Source of the DNA: Octopus sinensis
Taxonomy: Eukaryota
Assembly (NCBI RefSeq): GCF_006345805.1
Contig: NC_043020.1
Coordinates: 16,430,001 to 16,494,000, forward strand
DNA length: 64,000 nt
Direction of reading: 5' to 3'
Shown: positions 13,498-26,361 of the stretch, in pieces
How positions within the stretch are numbered: position 1 is the first letter of the stretch
Layout of the letters: each line of letters begins with the position of its first letter
The notes under the pieces: generated by a model
Seen by the model: only the letters and a program-made list of their open reading frames with translations
The model's database searches: none
Told to the model about the DNA's origin: nothing
Program-made: the position numbers and the translations under genes

Positions 13498-13850
13498 AAG
13501 TGTGACTTTGTGGTCAGAAGCTTGGTTTCCAACCACATAGTTTCAGGTTCTGTCTCACTGCATGACACCTTATGCAGATGTCTTCTACTATAACCTCTGG
13601 TTGACCAAAACCTTGTGAGTGGATTTGGGAGATGGAAACTAAAAGAAGTCTGTCATGTGTGTCTTTGTGTCTGTCACCCACCACTGCTTGACAACCGGTG
13701 TTGGTATGTTTACGTCTCTGTAACTTAGCAGTTCAGCAAAAGAGACCAATAAAATACCATGCTAAACCAAAAAATAAGTACTGGGGTCAATTCATTCTTC
13801 TATGCTGTGCACCAGCATGGCCACAATCTGATGTGTGAAACAAGTAAAAG

Positions 13851-13897
<47 letters not shown>

Positions 13898-15067
13898 CAT
13901 ACACAAAGCAATGATATATACATATATCTCACTTTGGTGTCCACTGTTCCATGCTTGCATGGGTTGGGTGGAGTTTATTCAACCAAATTTTCTACAGCTG
14001 GATGTCCTTCCTGCTACCAACACTCACCAGTTAAAATAAAGTATTTATCATGTACTGGGTTAATTCAAAGAGTGTCAGAGTGAATGCTTTGAGGTATTTG
14101 TTCCAGCTCTTTGGGTTGTGATTCGAATCCCAGCATGACTTACTTTGGCGATAGACTTAATTAATTTGTCTGGTTTATTGGCATCTTGGGGTGTCCTTAT
14201 TGGAGCCCACTTTGTTGCAAGGATTGAAGCCAGGCTCTTGGTTTGAGGATACCTTAGGTCCAATAGTTTCAGATTGCATGTACTGGATCCTGGGCACTGC
14301 CTTCCCCACTAACCAACCAAAAAAAACAAAATCATGGAAAGTTTTGAAACAAAACTCATATCATTTACGTTCTTCACACAACAAACTTTTGGTTGTCTCT
14401 GCAATCAATATTTAATTAGTTCCACAAACTAAAATCATTACTTAACTTCCAACATTTGTATAAAATAGATTAAAAAAAAATTAATTTTTAAAATTTTGAA
14501 TCTTTCAATAATTGTTATATTGATTAGATTTTAAATTCTGCAAGCAATTAAATGTAGCTTGAAGCATTTTTTCATTTCCTCAAATTCTGTTGTTTTATAT
14601 ATATATATATATATATAATTCACTTTCTTTTTCTTCTTTTCATAATGATACCATTTTTATTCTGATATTACCTTAATCTCAAATATTTAGAAAATATTTA
14701 TTATGGAAAAATCCAAGATTTGATAGTAATGATTGTGTATGAATTAATTACATTTTAAAACAAAGCTCAATTAATCTTTAATTTTCCTCCTCTTGTGTCA
14801 ACAATACCACCACCAAGAACAAAATGCGCTGGTTTAAATAACAATAAAATATTACGTAAATAAATTGTTATATTTTTGTTACTAAAGGACACAGATTTTA
14901 ATTTTCCCTCTCTAGAACATCTATTCTCTTAGGGTCTTTTCCTACCCTCATTTCTTCGCTTTCAACTTCAGATCTGTTACAGATGCTATAGGAAATAAAT
15001 GTTAACTGTAGCAGCTTCACATTGTTTTGTCTTGTTTTTATTTTTATTTTATCCTACTCTTGTCTAG

Positions 15068-15173
15068 AAAGGCTTAAGAAGCTGTTAACGTTCTTTCTCT
15101 TCCACTGAAGAAAAAAAAAAGAAAATTGGTGAAAGTATTATTAATGTTAATTCTACAATGCCAATTTGTGAAT
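15068..15173 (+). other. Candidate exon (mostly non-coding; possible ATG at 15158)
   Basis: Long pyrimidine tract + ctag acceptor and AAT|gtaagc donor; stops in all three frames before ATG CCA ATT TGT GAA. Confidence 0.2.
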
Positions 15174-16012
15174 GTAAGCTCTGTGGTGGGAACCAGAATG
15201 GGCCCATATATTAAAGAGATTTCTCATTACATTAATTAGATTTCATTATTGTTGTTTATTGCTAAGTTTCAGTTCGTATTAACATACTGTCAATAGAAAA
15301 ATGGTCTTGCATGAAATAAAACTAATTAGCAGAGAGTTAATTTATTGGATGTAACAATTAGCTCTAATCGACAACTTTTTCCTCCATAGACCGAAGAGAT
15401 GTAAAAGACTGTTAATCTTGTATTGGAATTACTTTTCTGGTTTTTGTTTGTTTCCTTTTCTTCCGAAAGAATAATCTAAATTCCAGAGTTTGTCCATCGA
15501 TTTCTAATTCCACAATGTCCACCTTCATTTTCTCTAAATATCAAGACATATCATTAAGAAGACTTTGTGGATCCATAAATTAATACCTCAAATATATCAC
15601 TAACTCCTTAACCACAATTTTCTAATATTTTGTCACATTCCTAAATTAAATATATTCCTATTCAATCCAAGACATTTTTCAGTGTGTCTCATTAACACCA
15701 TCACAGTAATATCTCTATTATACTTTAAGCTAATTGTCACTTAATTGCATATCATACTGATAGCCTTCCTATCTACCTTCCTTGTTATTTAAGAACTTTA
15801 TAAGTAAAATCTATCAACAATCTATGATATAACTTTGTTTTGATGTAAATAGCCGGCTCAAAAGTAAATAGATACCCCTCATACTGTTTTATTTGCAAGG
15901 ACACCACCTAGTGCTTCAAACTTGGTAATGTAATATGCTCAAGGCGTGGCTATTAAATATTTGATTAAGTAAGAGCGTTGTAGTTTGCTTGAAGCAGTGT
16001 GATATCAAAGAC

Positions 16013-16348
16013 GGTAAAAAGAGAGTAAATAGAAAGCTTCTGACAATGCAGAAAATTTAATAAAACCTTTATATTTCAGGCGCAAAGCCCATCTTCAGAA
16101 GGAAAAAACAATCTGGGAAAAGTCCAGTTATGTAGGTTATGCGTGGAACGTCAATTACACCTACATTTGGAGAGTGACTACTGCTGTTACATAAATACTA
16201 AGGAATTTGAATGGGTTAATGGAACCTACCTAACTGGACTTTTCTCACACTGTTCTTTTCTTCTGAAGATGGGCTTTGAACCTGAAATATAAAGATTTTA
16301 TCAAACTTTCTGCATTGCCACAAGCTTTCTATTTACTCTCTTTTTACC
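16013..16348. mobile_element. Element with ~128-bp inverted arms, each carrying a minimal hammerhead motif
   Basis: 16013-16140 is the reverse complement of ~16221-16348 with scattered substitutions; motifs at 16066-16102 (-) and 16259-16295 (+). Confidence 0.75.
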
Positions 16349-16721
16349 TTCTTCAGTTAGATTAAATATTTAACCTTTTAGTAAACAGATTACTCTGTCA
16401 AATGTAATGCTTATTTATTCACATTGTAAAAAGCACTCATGCTAGTGCCACGTTAAAAGCACCCAGTACACTCTATGGAGTGTGGTTGGCATTAGGAAGG
16501 GCATCCAACTGTAGAAGCCTTGCTAGAACTTTGTCTCATGTCTTCCTGGGTCTTCCTCTCCCACCACTCTAAGTGATCAGCACTTCTGATAACAAATGCT
16601 CAAGCTAGAAATAGCTACTGAATTTCACTCAAATTGCACATTTCCATCTAAGAAGGATGTACACCTTAGATATAACTCACTAAAGTTTTGAATAATAGGC
16701 AGTATAATTTTCTAACAAGAA

Positions 16722-17018
16722 AAAAGCACCATCCGAACGTGGCCGATGCCAGCACCGCCCTGACTGGCTTCTGTGCCGGTGGCACGTAAAAAGCACCAAC
16801 CAATCGTGGCCGCTGCCAGCCTCCCCTGGCACCTATGCCGGTGGCACGTAAAAAGCACCCACTACACTCATGGAGTGGTTGGCGTTAGGAAGGGCATCCA
16901 GCTGCAGAAACTCTGCCAGATCAGACTAGAGCCTGGTGCAGCCTCCTGGCTTCCCAGACCCCGGTCGAACCGTCCAACCCGTGCTAGCATGGAAAACGGA
17001 CGTTAAACGATGATGATG
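16722..17018 (+). mobile_element. Family B repeat
   Basis: Three subrepeats, then aggaagggcatccagctg...ggacgttaaac(gat)n. Confidence 0.85.
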
Positions 17019-17569
17019 AATGCTTTTGATAATTGGCCTGCTGGTTCAGCTCTAACCTGAAGCTGAGAAACACAGTACAGTACACTTTCTTCAAAGAGAA
17101 GGTTTCTGTCTTTCATAGTTTTGAAGGTTGATTCTTTATGTCCTTAATGACATTCCTTACAAAAAAACAAAAACAAAACAAAAAAACTCACGTTTCATTA
17201 GCTTTTGAAAAAATAAACCTGCTGCAATTCGTGATATTTTTAATTACATGTTCTGCTCCTAAGCTAGATGCTCATAACATTTTTTTTTTCTTTCTCTAAT
17301 TGCCATGTAGCAACAGCATTTAATTGCATTGCAAAACAACTTTTATTCATAATGAAGAACATAAAAAAAAAAAATGTTCCTGCAGCATGTGTAGAATATT
17401 TCTTAAAGAAGTATATACAGTGACCTTTTTCACTTTTGGTATGTATGTATGTATATGTACATATTCTGTGTGTTGTGTAAATATGTATGAATGTATGTAT
17501 AAATATACGAATGTGTGTTGTATATATGTGTATGTATGTGTGTGTGAGTATGTATATATATATATATAT

Positions 17570-17955
17570 CTTTTATATTTTGTTTTTATTGTTTCAGTCA
17601 ACTGACTGGCTATGCTGGGGCATCATATTAAAGGATTTTAGTTGAACAAATTGACCTAAGGACTTATATTTTAAGCTTAGTACTTATTCTTTTGGTCTCA
17701 TTTGCCAAACCACTAAGTTACAGGGATGCAAACACACAAACACCTGTGATGGTGGGGATAGACACAGGCACAAGGACACACGCACACACACACTATGGGA
17801 TTCTTTCAGTCTCTGTCTACCTAATCCACTCACAAGGCTTTGGTCAGTCCAAGGATATAGTAGAAAATGCTTGGACATTGTGTCACACAGTGGGACTGTA
17901 CCCAGAGCTCTGTGGTTGGGAAGCAAGCCTCTTACCACATACCCATGCCTGCACC
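17570..17955 (-). mobile_element. SINE family A, diverged
   Basis: Same tail, body and head order as other copies. Confidence 0.7.
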
Positions 17956-17969
17956 TATATATATATCTA

Positions 17970-18016
<47 letters not shown>

Positions 18017-18349
18017 CCATACACAGTGAAAAGCTTCATTGGAAAAATTCTCTCACCTCCCACCACCACATGAGTTGTAGTGAGAAATATTAGAAGGAAA
18101 TTGCACAGAATGTATTTTTTTATGAAATAAAATACATACACACACACGTGTGTGTGTGTGTGGGTGTATATTTGTGAGAGCATGTATAAATTTGTGTGTA
18201 TGCACTGGATGTGTCAAGTCAGTTTAGCATTTTCATTTTATCATTTAAATGCTAAAGAGACTTTTTTAATCACCCTGAGTACACACACACACGTGTATAT
18301 ATACATATATGTGTATATGTAAGTATGCTCGTTTTAGTGTGTATGAATG

Positions 18350-18391
<42 letters not shown>

Positions 18392-18773
18392 TTTGTGAAT
18401 GCAAGAAAGCTGTGAAGATAGCTTAGAAAATCGAGTAAATATCATTTAGTAAATGGGAAAATGCGGCCAGCAAGCCTCCGTGTGTATATATATATATATA
18501 TATATGTATGTATAATATACTGGTAAAAAGAGAAAGATATCCGTCTGTGGTTCATCCACTAATGTTATATCACCTGAAGAAATGAATCAGTGATTATGAT
18601 CAACCAGATGCCTATGGATACTATGGACTACACTAATTGTCCCAAGAATACAGACTGTGATCTTAAAAGTCATGTGACTTGTAGAAAGATGTGTAGCGAT
18701 GTATTAAATGTTTATAAATTCCATCCTAGGATTATTGTTATTACTATTATATAATATAATATAGTATAATATA

Positions 18774-18806
<33 letters not shown>

Positions 18807-19210
18807 TATAATCCAAGTTCTCTTCCCTCTCTAAATAATAATATATAAAAAGCACACACCGTCACTCAAATTGTCCATTGTTATAAATTACATATTTTAT
18901 CTGTTTATCTATCTTCACTGATTTCCTGTTTTGATTGAATCAATAAATATATAAAATATAAATTGGGGAAAAAAAAGAATTTTTTTCTTTTTATATAGCG
19001 CAATACATAACCTTGCATAAACTTTTTCATTAAAGCCTTTAGTAGAATTTGGCAAATAAGTTTTTTTATTATTATTATTGTATAGTTTTTGCTGTTTAAT
19101 TAATTTTCTTCGGCTACTTTCATCTCATGTTCTTAATTAGATATTGATTCTCTTTTTTTTCCTCATTTTTTTTTAAACCATAATATTCATTATGAAATGG
19201 TTTGAGGACA

Positions 19211-19268
<58 letters not shown>

Positions 19269-19389
19269 TAGTATTTTTGAGTTATTTTTTAGTAATATTA
19301 TTTTTTAGTATTCATTATTATTATTTTTCCTTCTTTCTTCTTCTTCTTCTTCTTCTTATTATTATTATTATTATTATTTCATTCTCCAG

Positions 19390-19420
19390 GCAATAATTAA
19401 AGCAAATTTACTTGTGATTG
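19390..19420 (+). CDS. Candidate 31-nt coding exon (AIIKANLLVI+1 nt)
   Basis: ttcattctccag acceptor, ATTG|gtaaag donor, only frame 0 is open; no homology recognised. Confidence 0.2.
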
Positions 19421-19963
19421 GTAAAGGAGCATACTCTTTCTTAAATTGTAATAGAAGTGAAGAAAACGTTACCTACTCCATGGATTTTTATATATATCTT
19501 CATTTCTTTACTTATAGTGAAGTTCAAGTCACACACACACACTGACATTTTTGCTATATTTTCTAGGTTGTTTTATACTAAAAGGTTAATACCCCCCCCT
19601 TTTTTTTTCACATTGGTTAATTGCTTCATAAAGGTTATGTTTCATCCAGATGCTGCTACCTGATGTAATCTAGGTTTGAACAGAGTGCCCATTCAACAAC
19701 ACATTGATAGAATTTCCAACAACCATTCTGAATAATTAGGCACAAGTGCGGGTATGTGATTAAGAAGCTTGTGTTCCAACCATGTGGTTGAGAAGCAAAC
19801 TTCTTATCGCATACCTGTGGTGTGTATGTAAGTGTGTCTTTGTGTTTATTCCATCACCACTTATTCTATTGGTACCTTTTGTCAAGCTGCTAAGTTACAG
19901 GGATGTAAACGCACCATCACTGATTGTCAAGCAGTGGTAGGGGACAAACACAAAGACATACAC

Positions 19964-20009
<46 letters not shown>

Positions 20010-20012
<3 letters not shown>

Positions 20013-20230
20013 CCGTCTGACCATTCTGTCCGAAGTCAGACACCATGATGGATCGTTAGCTACTACACACATTTCTTTTCTCTCCTTGTTTCTCTCTGTG
20101 TATCTTTCTGTAGAAGAGCGTAGGCTCGAAACGTAAAAGACTTTTTCTATTCCTGAGCGCTATACTAATACATCTGTTTGTTTGTACACCACCTGCCTTC
20201 GTCTTTTGTTTATTTTCGTAAACTTTCCCT
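20010..20230 (+). mobile_element. Family H copy 3
   Basis: UCUUU-CUGUAGA-A-GAGC GUAG GCUC-GAAAC GUA-AAAGA at 20103-20140; (TA)n both sides. Confidence 0.75.
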
Positions 20231-20437
20231 TTATATATATATATATATAGTAAGCGATAAAGGGTTTAGCAACGAATTGCCCTACCACAGTCCGAATTTA
20301 GAAATAGCAGTCTAAGAGTTATAGCTATTTCTTCTACTAAAAAGGGGGATCTCAGTAAAAACACAGCAATTGGAAGGCAGACACAAACAGGTAAGAGAGA
20401 ATGAATTGACGGCAATCTATCATACAATTTTAAGTTA

Positions 20438-20537
20438 TCTACGGACGCACGTTTCGAAATCAAGTTTTTAGGAAAGCATAAGAATTAAATATCAAATAAT
20501 TCTACCTTACCCAAACTTCTTTTCTCTTCAGCGTAGA
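20438..20537 (-). ncRNA. Hammerhead ribozyme (type I) with extended stem II
   Basis: UCUACG-CUGAAGA-[69-nt stem II, G10.1-C11.1]-GAAAC-GUGC-GUC^CGUAGA; all conserved core nucleotides present; 6-bp stem I. Confidence 0.8.
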
Positions 20538-21032
20538 ATACTATAATCATAAATGATTATATATTGAATTTTGAGATACTAGAAGGCACCAACTCAACTC
20601 AGTATCAGAGCGAGCCAGAACCCGCAACTAGTATCACCAAATTCAAAGTGTGAATGAAAAGATTGCGTCACCAGCCCCTTCCCACCCGCGTGTAGCCAAA
20701 ACAAGATGCCGTGGTCATCTACTGAGATAAAATTTGGTTATCCGTAATAATGAAGGGTGAAATTAATTAATTTGGAATAATTATCAATTACACCAAGTAG
20801 TCTTCGGCATGTAAAAGCCTCATTCGAGGAAAATTTAAGTAATACTAAGCGATAAAGGGTTTAGCAACGAATTGCCTTACCACAGACCGAATTTAGAAAT
20901 AGCAGTCAAAGAGTTATAGCTATTTCTTCTACTAAAAAGGGGGATCTCAGTAAAAACACAGCAATTGGAAGGCAGACACAAACAGGTAAGAGAGAATGAA
21001 TTGACGGCAATCTATCATACAATTTTAAGTTA

Positions 21033-21132
21033 TCTACGGACGCACGTTTCGAAATCAAGTTTTTAGGAAAGCATAAGAATTAAATATCAAATAATTCTAC
21101 CTTACCCAAACTTCTTTTCTCTTCAGCGTAGA
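21033..21132 (-). ncRNA. Hammerhead ribozyme, second monomer
   Basis: Same sequence 595 bp away; predicted cleavage between 21039 and 21038. Confidence 0.8.
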
Positions 21133-21642
21133 ATACTATAATCATAAATGATTATATATTGAATTTTGAGATACTAGAAGGCACCAACTCAACTCAGTAT
21201 CAGAGCGAGCCAGAACCCGCAACTAGTATCACCAAATTCAAAGTGTGAATGAAAAGATTGCGTCACCAGCCCCTTCCCACCCGCGTGTAGCCAAAACAAG
21301 ATGCCGTGGTCATCTACTGAGATAAAATATGGTTATCCGTAATAATGAAGGGTGAAATTAATTAATTTGGAATAATTATCAATTACACCAAGTAGTCTTC
21401 GCATGTAAAAGCCTCATTCGAGGAAAATTTAAGTAATACTAAGCGATAAAGGGTTTAGCAACGAATTGCCTTACCACAGACCGAATTTAGAAATAGCAGT
21501 CAAAGAGTTATAGCTATTTCTTCTACTAAAAAGGAGGATCTCAGTAAAAACACAGCAATTGGAAGGCAGACACAAACAGGTAAGAGAGAATGAATTGACG
21601 GCAATCTATCATACAATTTTAAGTTATCTACGGACGCACGTT

Positions 21643-21702
<60 letters not shown>

Positions 21703-22475
21703 TACATACACGTGTGTGTGCTTAGATGATGGGTTTTTTTCAATTTTCATATACTAAATCCTACCACAAATCTTTGGTCAGCTTGAGGCTATGGTAGAAA
21801 ATAATTGCCCAAGGTGGTATGCTGTGGGACTGAACTAGAACCAAGTGATTAGAAAGCAAACTTCTTACCACACAGCCACACATGCACTTTAGAGCTGTTC
21901 TCTCAGTGATATTTGAAGTTGACAATTTCACCCCTTAGTGTTAAATTGAGTATGGTTGAAAGGTCTGAGAGATGTCCAAAAATATTATTCACTGTTGTGG
22001 ACTGTAAATATTAATCTTGAATAGAAATAGGGCTACAACAGCATGTGGCAGTATCTCTAGCAAAATGTTCTTTGAATTTATTTAGCCCACCTGTAGTTCT
22101 TCATGTCCAGAGTCACAGAATTGGAATAAGCAAGGTTTGTTGCTCTCTGAAATATTTTTCACATCAGGAGATTTGTTACGTGGAATCTGGTAGCAGCATT
22201 CTTTGAGGCATTCAGTTAAGATTTGGTTCTTTTAGTTGTCTGAAAATGTTCTTATATAAATATAAAAACAAACCTTTGTAGTTTTACTTGTCTCAATCTT
22301 TATTGGAATCTATGTGAGAATGTTATAAATATTTAATTCTTCATCAAATATCGTATTGATTTATTTCTTCATCTGTATGAGCTAATTGCCAAGTGAGACA
22401 CGCTTCTCATAAACAGTGTCCATATAAATGGGGAAAATTTATAAGAAAACTACTTTTATTTTGTTTACAATATAC

Positions 22476-22533
<58 letters not shown>

Positions 22534-23196
22534 TTTACTTGTTTCACTCATTGGACTGCAGCCATGATGGGGCACCTCCTGGAATGGTTTAGTGAGATGA
22601 ATCAACTCCTACTATTTACTGTCTAAAGCCTGATACTTATTCTATCAGTCTCTTTTTGTGGGGATGTTAAACAAACCAACACAGGTTGTCAAGTACTGGT
22701 GTAAGATAAACTTTTCTTTACTGCTTACAAGGGGCTAAACATAGAGGGGACAAACAAGGACAGACGAAGGGATTGAGTCAATTATATCGCCCCCAGTGCG
22801 AAACTGGTACTTTATTTATCGACCCCGAAAGGATGAAAGGCAAAGTTGACCTCAGAACGTAATGACAGACGAAATACCACTAAGCATTTCGCCTGCCGCG
22901 CTAACGTGTCTGCCAGCTCGCCACCTTAACACACACACACACACACACATATATATAAAATATTGTATTCTTATGCTTATCAATTCATAGTATTTCACTA
23001 GAACTATTCTTCTTTCTCATTGCATTACTTCTATGAAAACTATTGTATCATTTCCCATCTTTCTTCACATTCTAACATTCTTCTGTTCATAATAGAGTAT
23101 AACTAGCATAGAAATACATTGGTTTTACACCTCTCTCTCTCTCTCTCTCTCTAAATAAATAAATAAATGAATACAGTTACCAGAGTTTATATATAT

Positions 23197-24375
23197 ATGG
23201 GGTCATCCCATAAATAATACAGTTTTTTAATACTTTTTTTTATTTTTCCAAATTAAGATAAACAAAGTTCTTTATTAATCTAAAATATACTTTCCTTCAT
23301 TTTCTACAATGCTCTTCCATATATTTGGTAGACTTGCAAGGCCCCCCCTCTTCCAAAATTCACTTGTCCATGATAAAAAGTTCTCCAGTACTGTTCTGAC
23401 CTCGTCTACAGAATTCATATTTTTCCATCCAAATGATTTTGAAGGCTGGAATAAATGACGATCAGATGGGGCAACGTCCAGCAAATATGGTGGGTGTGGC
23501 ATTGTTTTCCCTTCAAACTGCTCCGACCTTTGGAATGTCATCTTCACTGTATGTGGCCAAGCATTATCCTGATGGAAGAATACCTTTCGTCTTGAAACCA
23601 AAGATGGTTGTTTTTCTTCCAATGCTGACTTAGGCTGCTCAAGCTGCTTGCAGTAGATCTCCTTTGTTATCATTTGGTTTGGATTTAAAAGTTCAAAGTA
23701 CACTAAACTTTTTACATCCAACCAAACAGATAACAACACTTTATGTGGGTAAAGACCTTATTTAACCTGGGGTGCCTATTTTCTCCTTTCCCTACCCATT
23801 GTCTTGGGTGCTTTACATTTTTATAGAGAACCCATTTCTCATCACCAGCCACTATTTGGTCCAAAAAAAGTTCATTCGTGAAGCATGACAGTAAAGAAGA
23901 GCACACATTCACTCTCTGTGCACGATTAGACTTGGAAAGTTTGGGAGGAACCCATCGAACCATCGACCCAATTTGCTGATTTTTCTGAAGGCACACAGGT
24001 GCCAATGAATGGTTGAATGACCAAATCTAAGCTTCTCTGCTAGTTCCTCAACATTTAGAATGGGATTTTGTTCCACCAGGATTTGCAGGACAACCTCGTT
24101 GAGCTCTACAGATCTTCTAGGATGAGGCTCGACCTCTAGACTGTATTTTCTGGCTCAGAACTTCTGGACTTACCGTTGGCACTGGCTTACACTTATTGTC
24201 TGATCCCCATATGCTACATTAATATTCCTCACACTTTTAATTGTGTTGTTGCCTTTATGAAACTCATGAAGCAAAATATGCCAAATATGCTCCTTTGTCA
24301 CTTCCATTATAGCTTCGAAAAAATAACTGTTAAAATACTTGTTTTTCAAGTAAGGGATTTCTCATTCCACAGGAA
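23197..24375 (-). mobile_element. Mariner (Tc1/mariner DD34D) DNA transposon, one end missing
   Basis: Contains the transposase pseudogene; probable TIR ggggtcatcccataaataat next to a TA run at ~23197; partner TIR not seen upstream of the ATG, where a SINE fragment begins. Confidence 0.85.
23275..24307 (-). pseudogene. Mariner transposase pseudogene (~344 codons, stops and frameshifts)
   Basis: MEVTKEHIWHILLHEFHKG... N-terminal HTH; WVP; VAGDEKW (D1); HQDNAWPH (D2); HPPYLLDVAPSDRHLF (D3), with 34 residues between D2 and D3. Confidence 0.92.
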
Positions 24376-24697
24376 ATTCTTTTCAGTTTCTGTCTACTTA
24401 TTCCATGCTTGAGGCTTTGGTCAGCCCTGGGTTAAAATAAAAGGCACTTGCCTAGTGCTGGTACCTTGATAAAATTCAGCCAATATCCTTTGTAAAGTGG
24501 TGGATGGATGGATACAATGTAGGACTGAGGAGACCCTCCATTCTGGTCAAGGGCACAACAACTTGTGTTGGTGCCATGAAAATTGTACCCTGTACATTCT
24601 GAGAAATGGTTAGTGATGGAGAGTTTACAGCCATAAAAACCAAACCAAAACTTATGTATGAGCTTGATGTTCTACAACCTATCTTGAAGGACAATAA

Positions 24698-25087
24698 TCT
24701 TTATATATAAAAGTGAAGTTGTGTGTCTGTCTCCTACGATTTAGATTCCTAACTACTCCCACATTTTGCGGTGCAGTGTAACCAAAAGCGGGTATCTTAT
24801 AGTCGTGATTCATATCGAGCCCTTCTAGCGCACGTCTACGATGAGTCTACTATTTAAAAAAAAACTTACCATCGTTTTTTCCCATTTTTAATGCATTTTT
24901 TTTGCTATTATATAAGGGAAGTAACTCTCTAAAAATGTATTATTAAATCTCAGAACATAAAAAGCTACAGTAACATCCCCCCTTTGTGGTTAGCCATATT
25001 GAGATGGCTATTATACTTTACATCTCTAAAAATGCTTATATAGTTATATCCCTTACAAACCCAAGCAACGCCGGGCAATACTGCTAG
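24698..25087 (+). mobile_element. Complete non-autonomous Helitron (390 bp)
   Basis: A|TCTTTATATATAAAA start, 3' hairpin cccaagcaacgccggg, CTAG|T end, inserted between A and T with no TSD. Confidence 0.85.
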
Positions 25088-25842
25088 TACCAAATAAATC
25101 AGAACTGACTGTGTCAACCAGCATGGAAAGCAGACATTATAATGATAATGATGATATTTAGAAACTTGCATAAGCATTTTTACTTCCCATCCCAATAATA
25201 TGTATTTGAAATTCATTGTTGAAGCTGTTATTATTTTCTGTGTTTCTATAATTTGCAATATGAGAAAGTTATAGTTTGTTAGAATGAATTTTGGATGTGA
25301 AGGAGCTTAGGTTTATTCACAGCACTAATCTAAACCTTAATTATATTTTGTTGGATAATTCTGTTTGCTCTGACATTTTAGAAAGCTCTGCCTCTGCTAT
25401 CAGCATATTTATTTCAGCAAAAGACAGCATTATTAATAATGGTCTTGCTTAGGTTATTCTTCTTCTTAATGCTATTGTTGTTGTCATTGTTACCAGAGGG
25501 AAAATAAAATCTCTTGTTTAGGATATAACTACAATTGTGGTGGTTAGTGCTGTGTGTATTTTCTCTGTTTGAAAGATTCAATTTAAAAGATGTTCTTTCA
25601 AAAATGAAAATAGAAATAATAAAATAAATTTTCTATGAATAACAAGCATTGAAAATATTTTTTTGTAACTCTTACTTTAAAAATACAATGCAAAAATGCA
25701 GTGTTATATCAAATTATATATTACAATATTTAAATGTGCAAATATGGACTTCAAGCCATAATTAAATCTTTTATTTTCTTCAACTAAACAATCACCATTA
25801 TTATTATTATTTTTGTTGTTGTTATTATTATTATCATTATTA

Positions 25843-25873
<31 letters not shown>

Positions 25874-26361
25874 TATACTGCTGAGTATTTTATCAGGCCT
25901 TTTAAATATACTCTAAAGCCTCATTTTTTTTCTTTTTTTTTTAATTTTATGTCTTTTATGCAGTGTAAGACAACAAGGTAAAAATATATGAATTTCTAAT
26001 ACATTGAAGCAAAGATGCCAAAGGAATTTAATCTAAATTGATGTTATTTTCAAATATTTCCACATTACAGACTGTAATACTTTTCTGATAGTTAGAGAAA
26101 TAAATGTGCAATAAGTTATTCATATATATTGCTGTAAAGGTGTACGCATGCACACATGTGTATTCATACACACATATATTCACACATACTAATATCTATT
26201 AGTAGATAGTTTTATATTGTTTTAGAGTAACTTTAGTTATAGTGGAATACAGTGGTACATATAACACATAAGCATGCATAACTTATGCAACATAGTTATG
26301 AATTAGATATAGAGTATAAAGTACAGAAAAAATTGCAAGACTAAACCTGAAAAATTTTGTT

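Larger units (their letters stand above)
20251..21645 (-). repeat. Head-to-tail tandem array of ~595-bp monomers (~2.3 copies), retrozyme/Penelope-pLTR-like
   Basis: taagcgataaagggtttagcaacg recurs at ~20251, ~20846, ~21439; copies nearly identical; (TA)n at both ends; no long ORF. Confidence 0.9.

Noticed and set aside
18520-18590. Minus-strand candidate exon GDITLVDEPQTDIFLFLP, plus others near 6085-6115, 22090-22230, 47290-47310 and 49590-49645
   Set aside because: Weak donors or in-frame stops; no consistent chain or recognisable homology
20795-20835. Second hammerhead-like motif in the 595-bp monomer (minus: CGAAUGA GGC...GCC GAAGAC)
   Set aside because: Two core deviations, no convincing stem I, and one copy has a deletion in the stem; kept only as a possible relic
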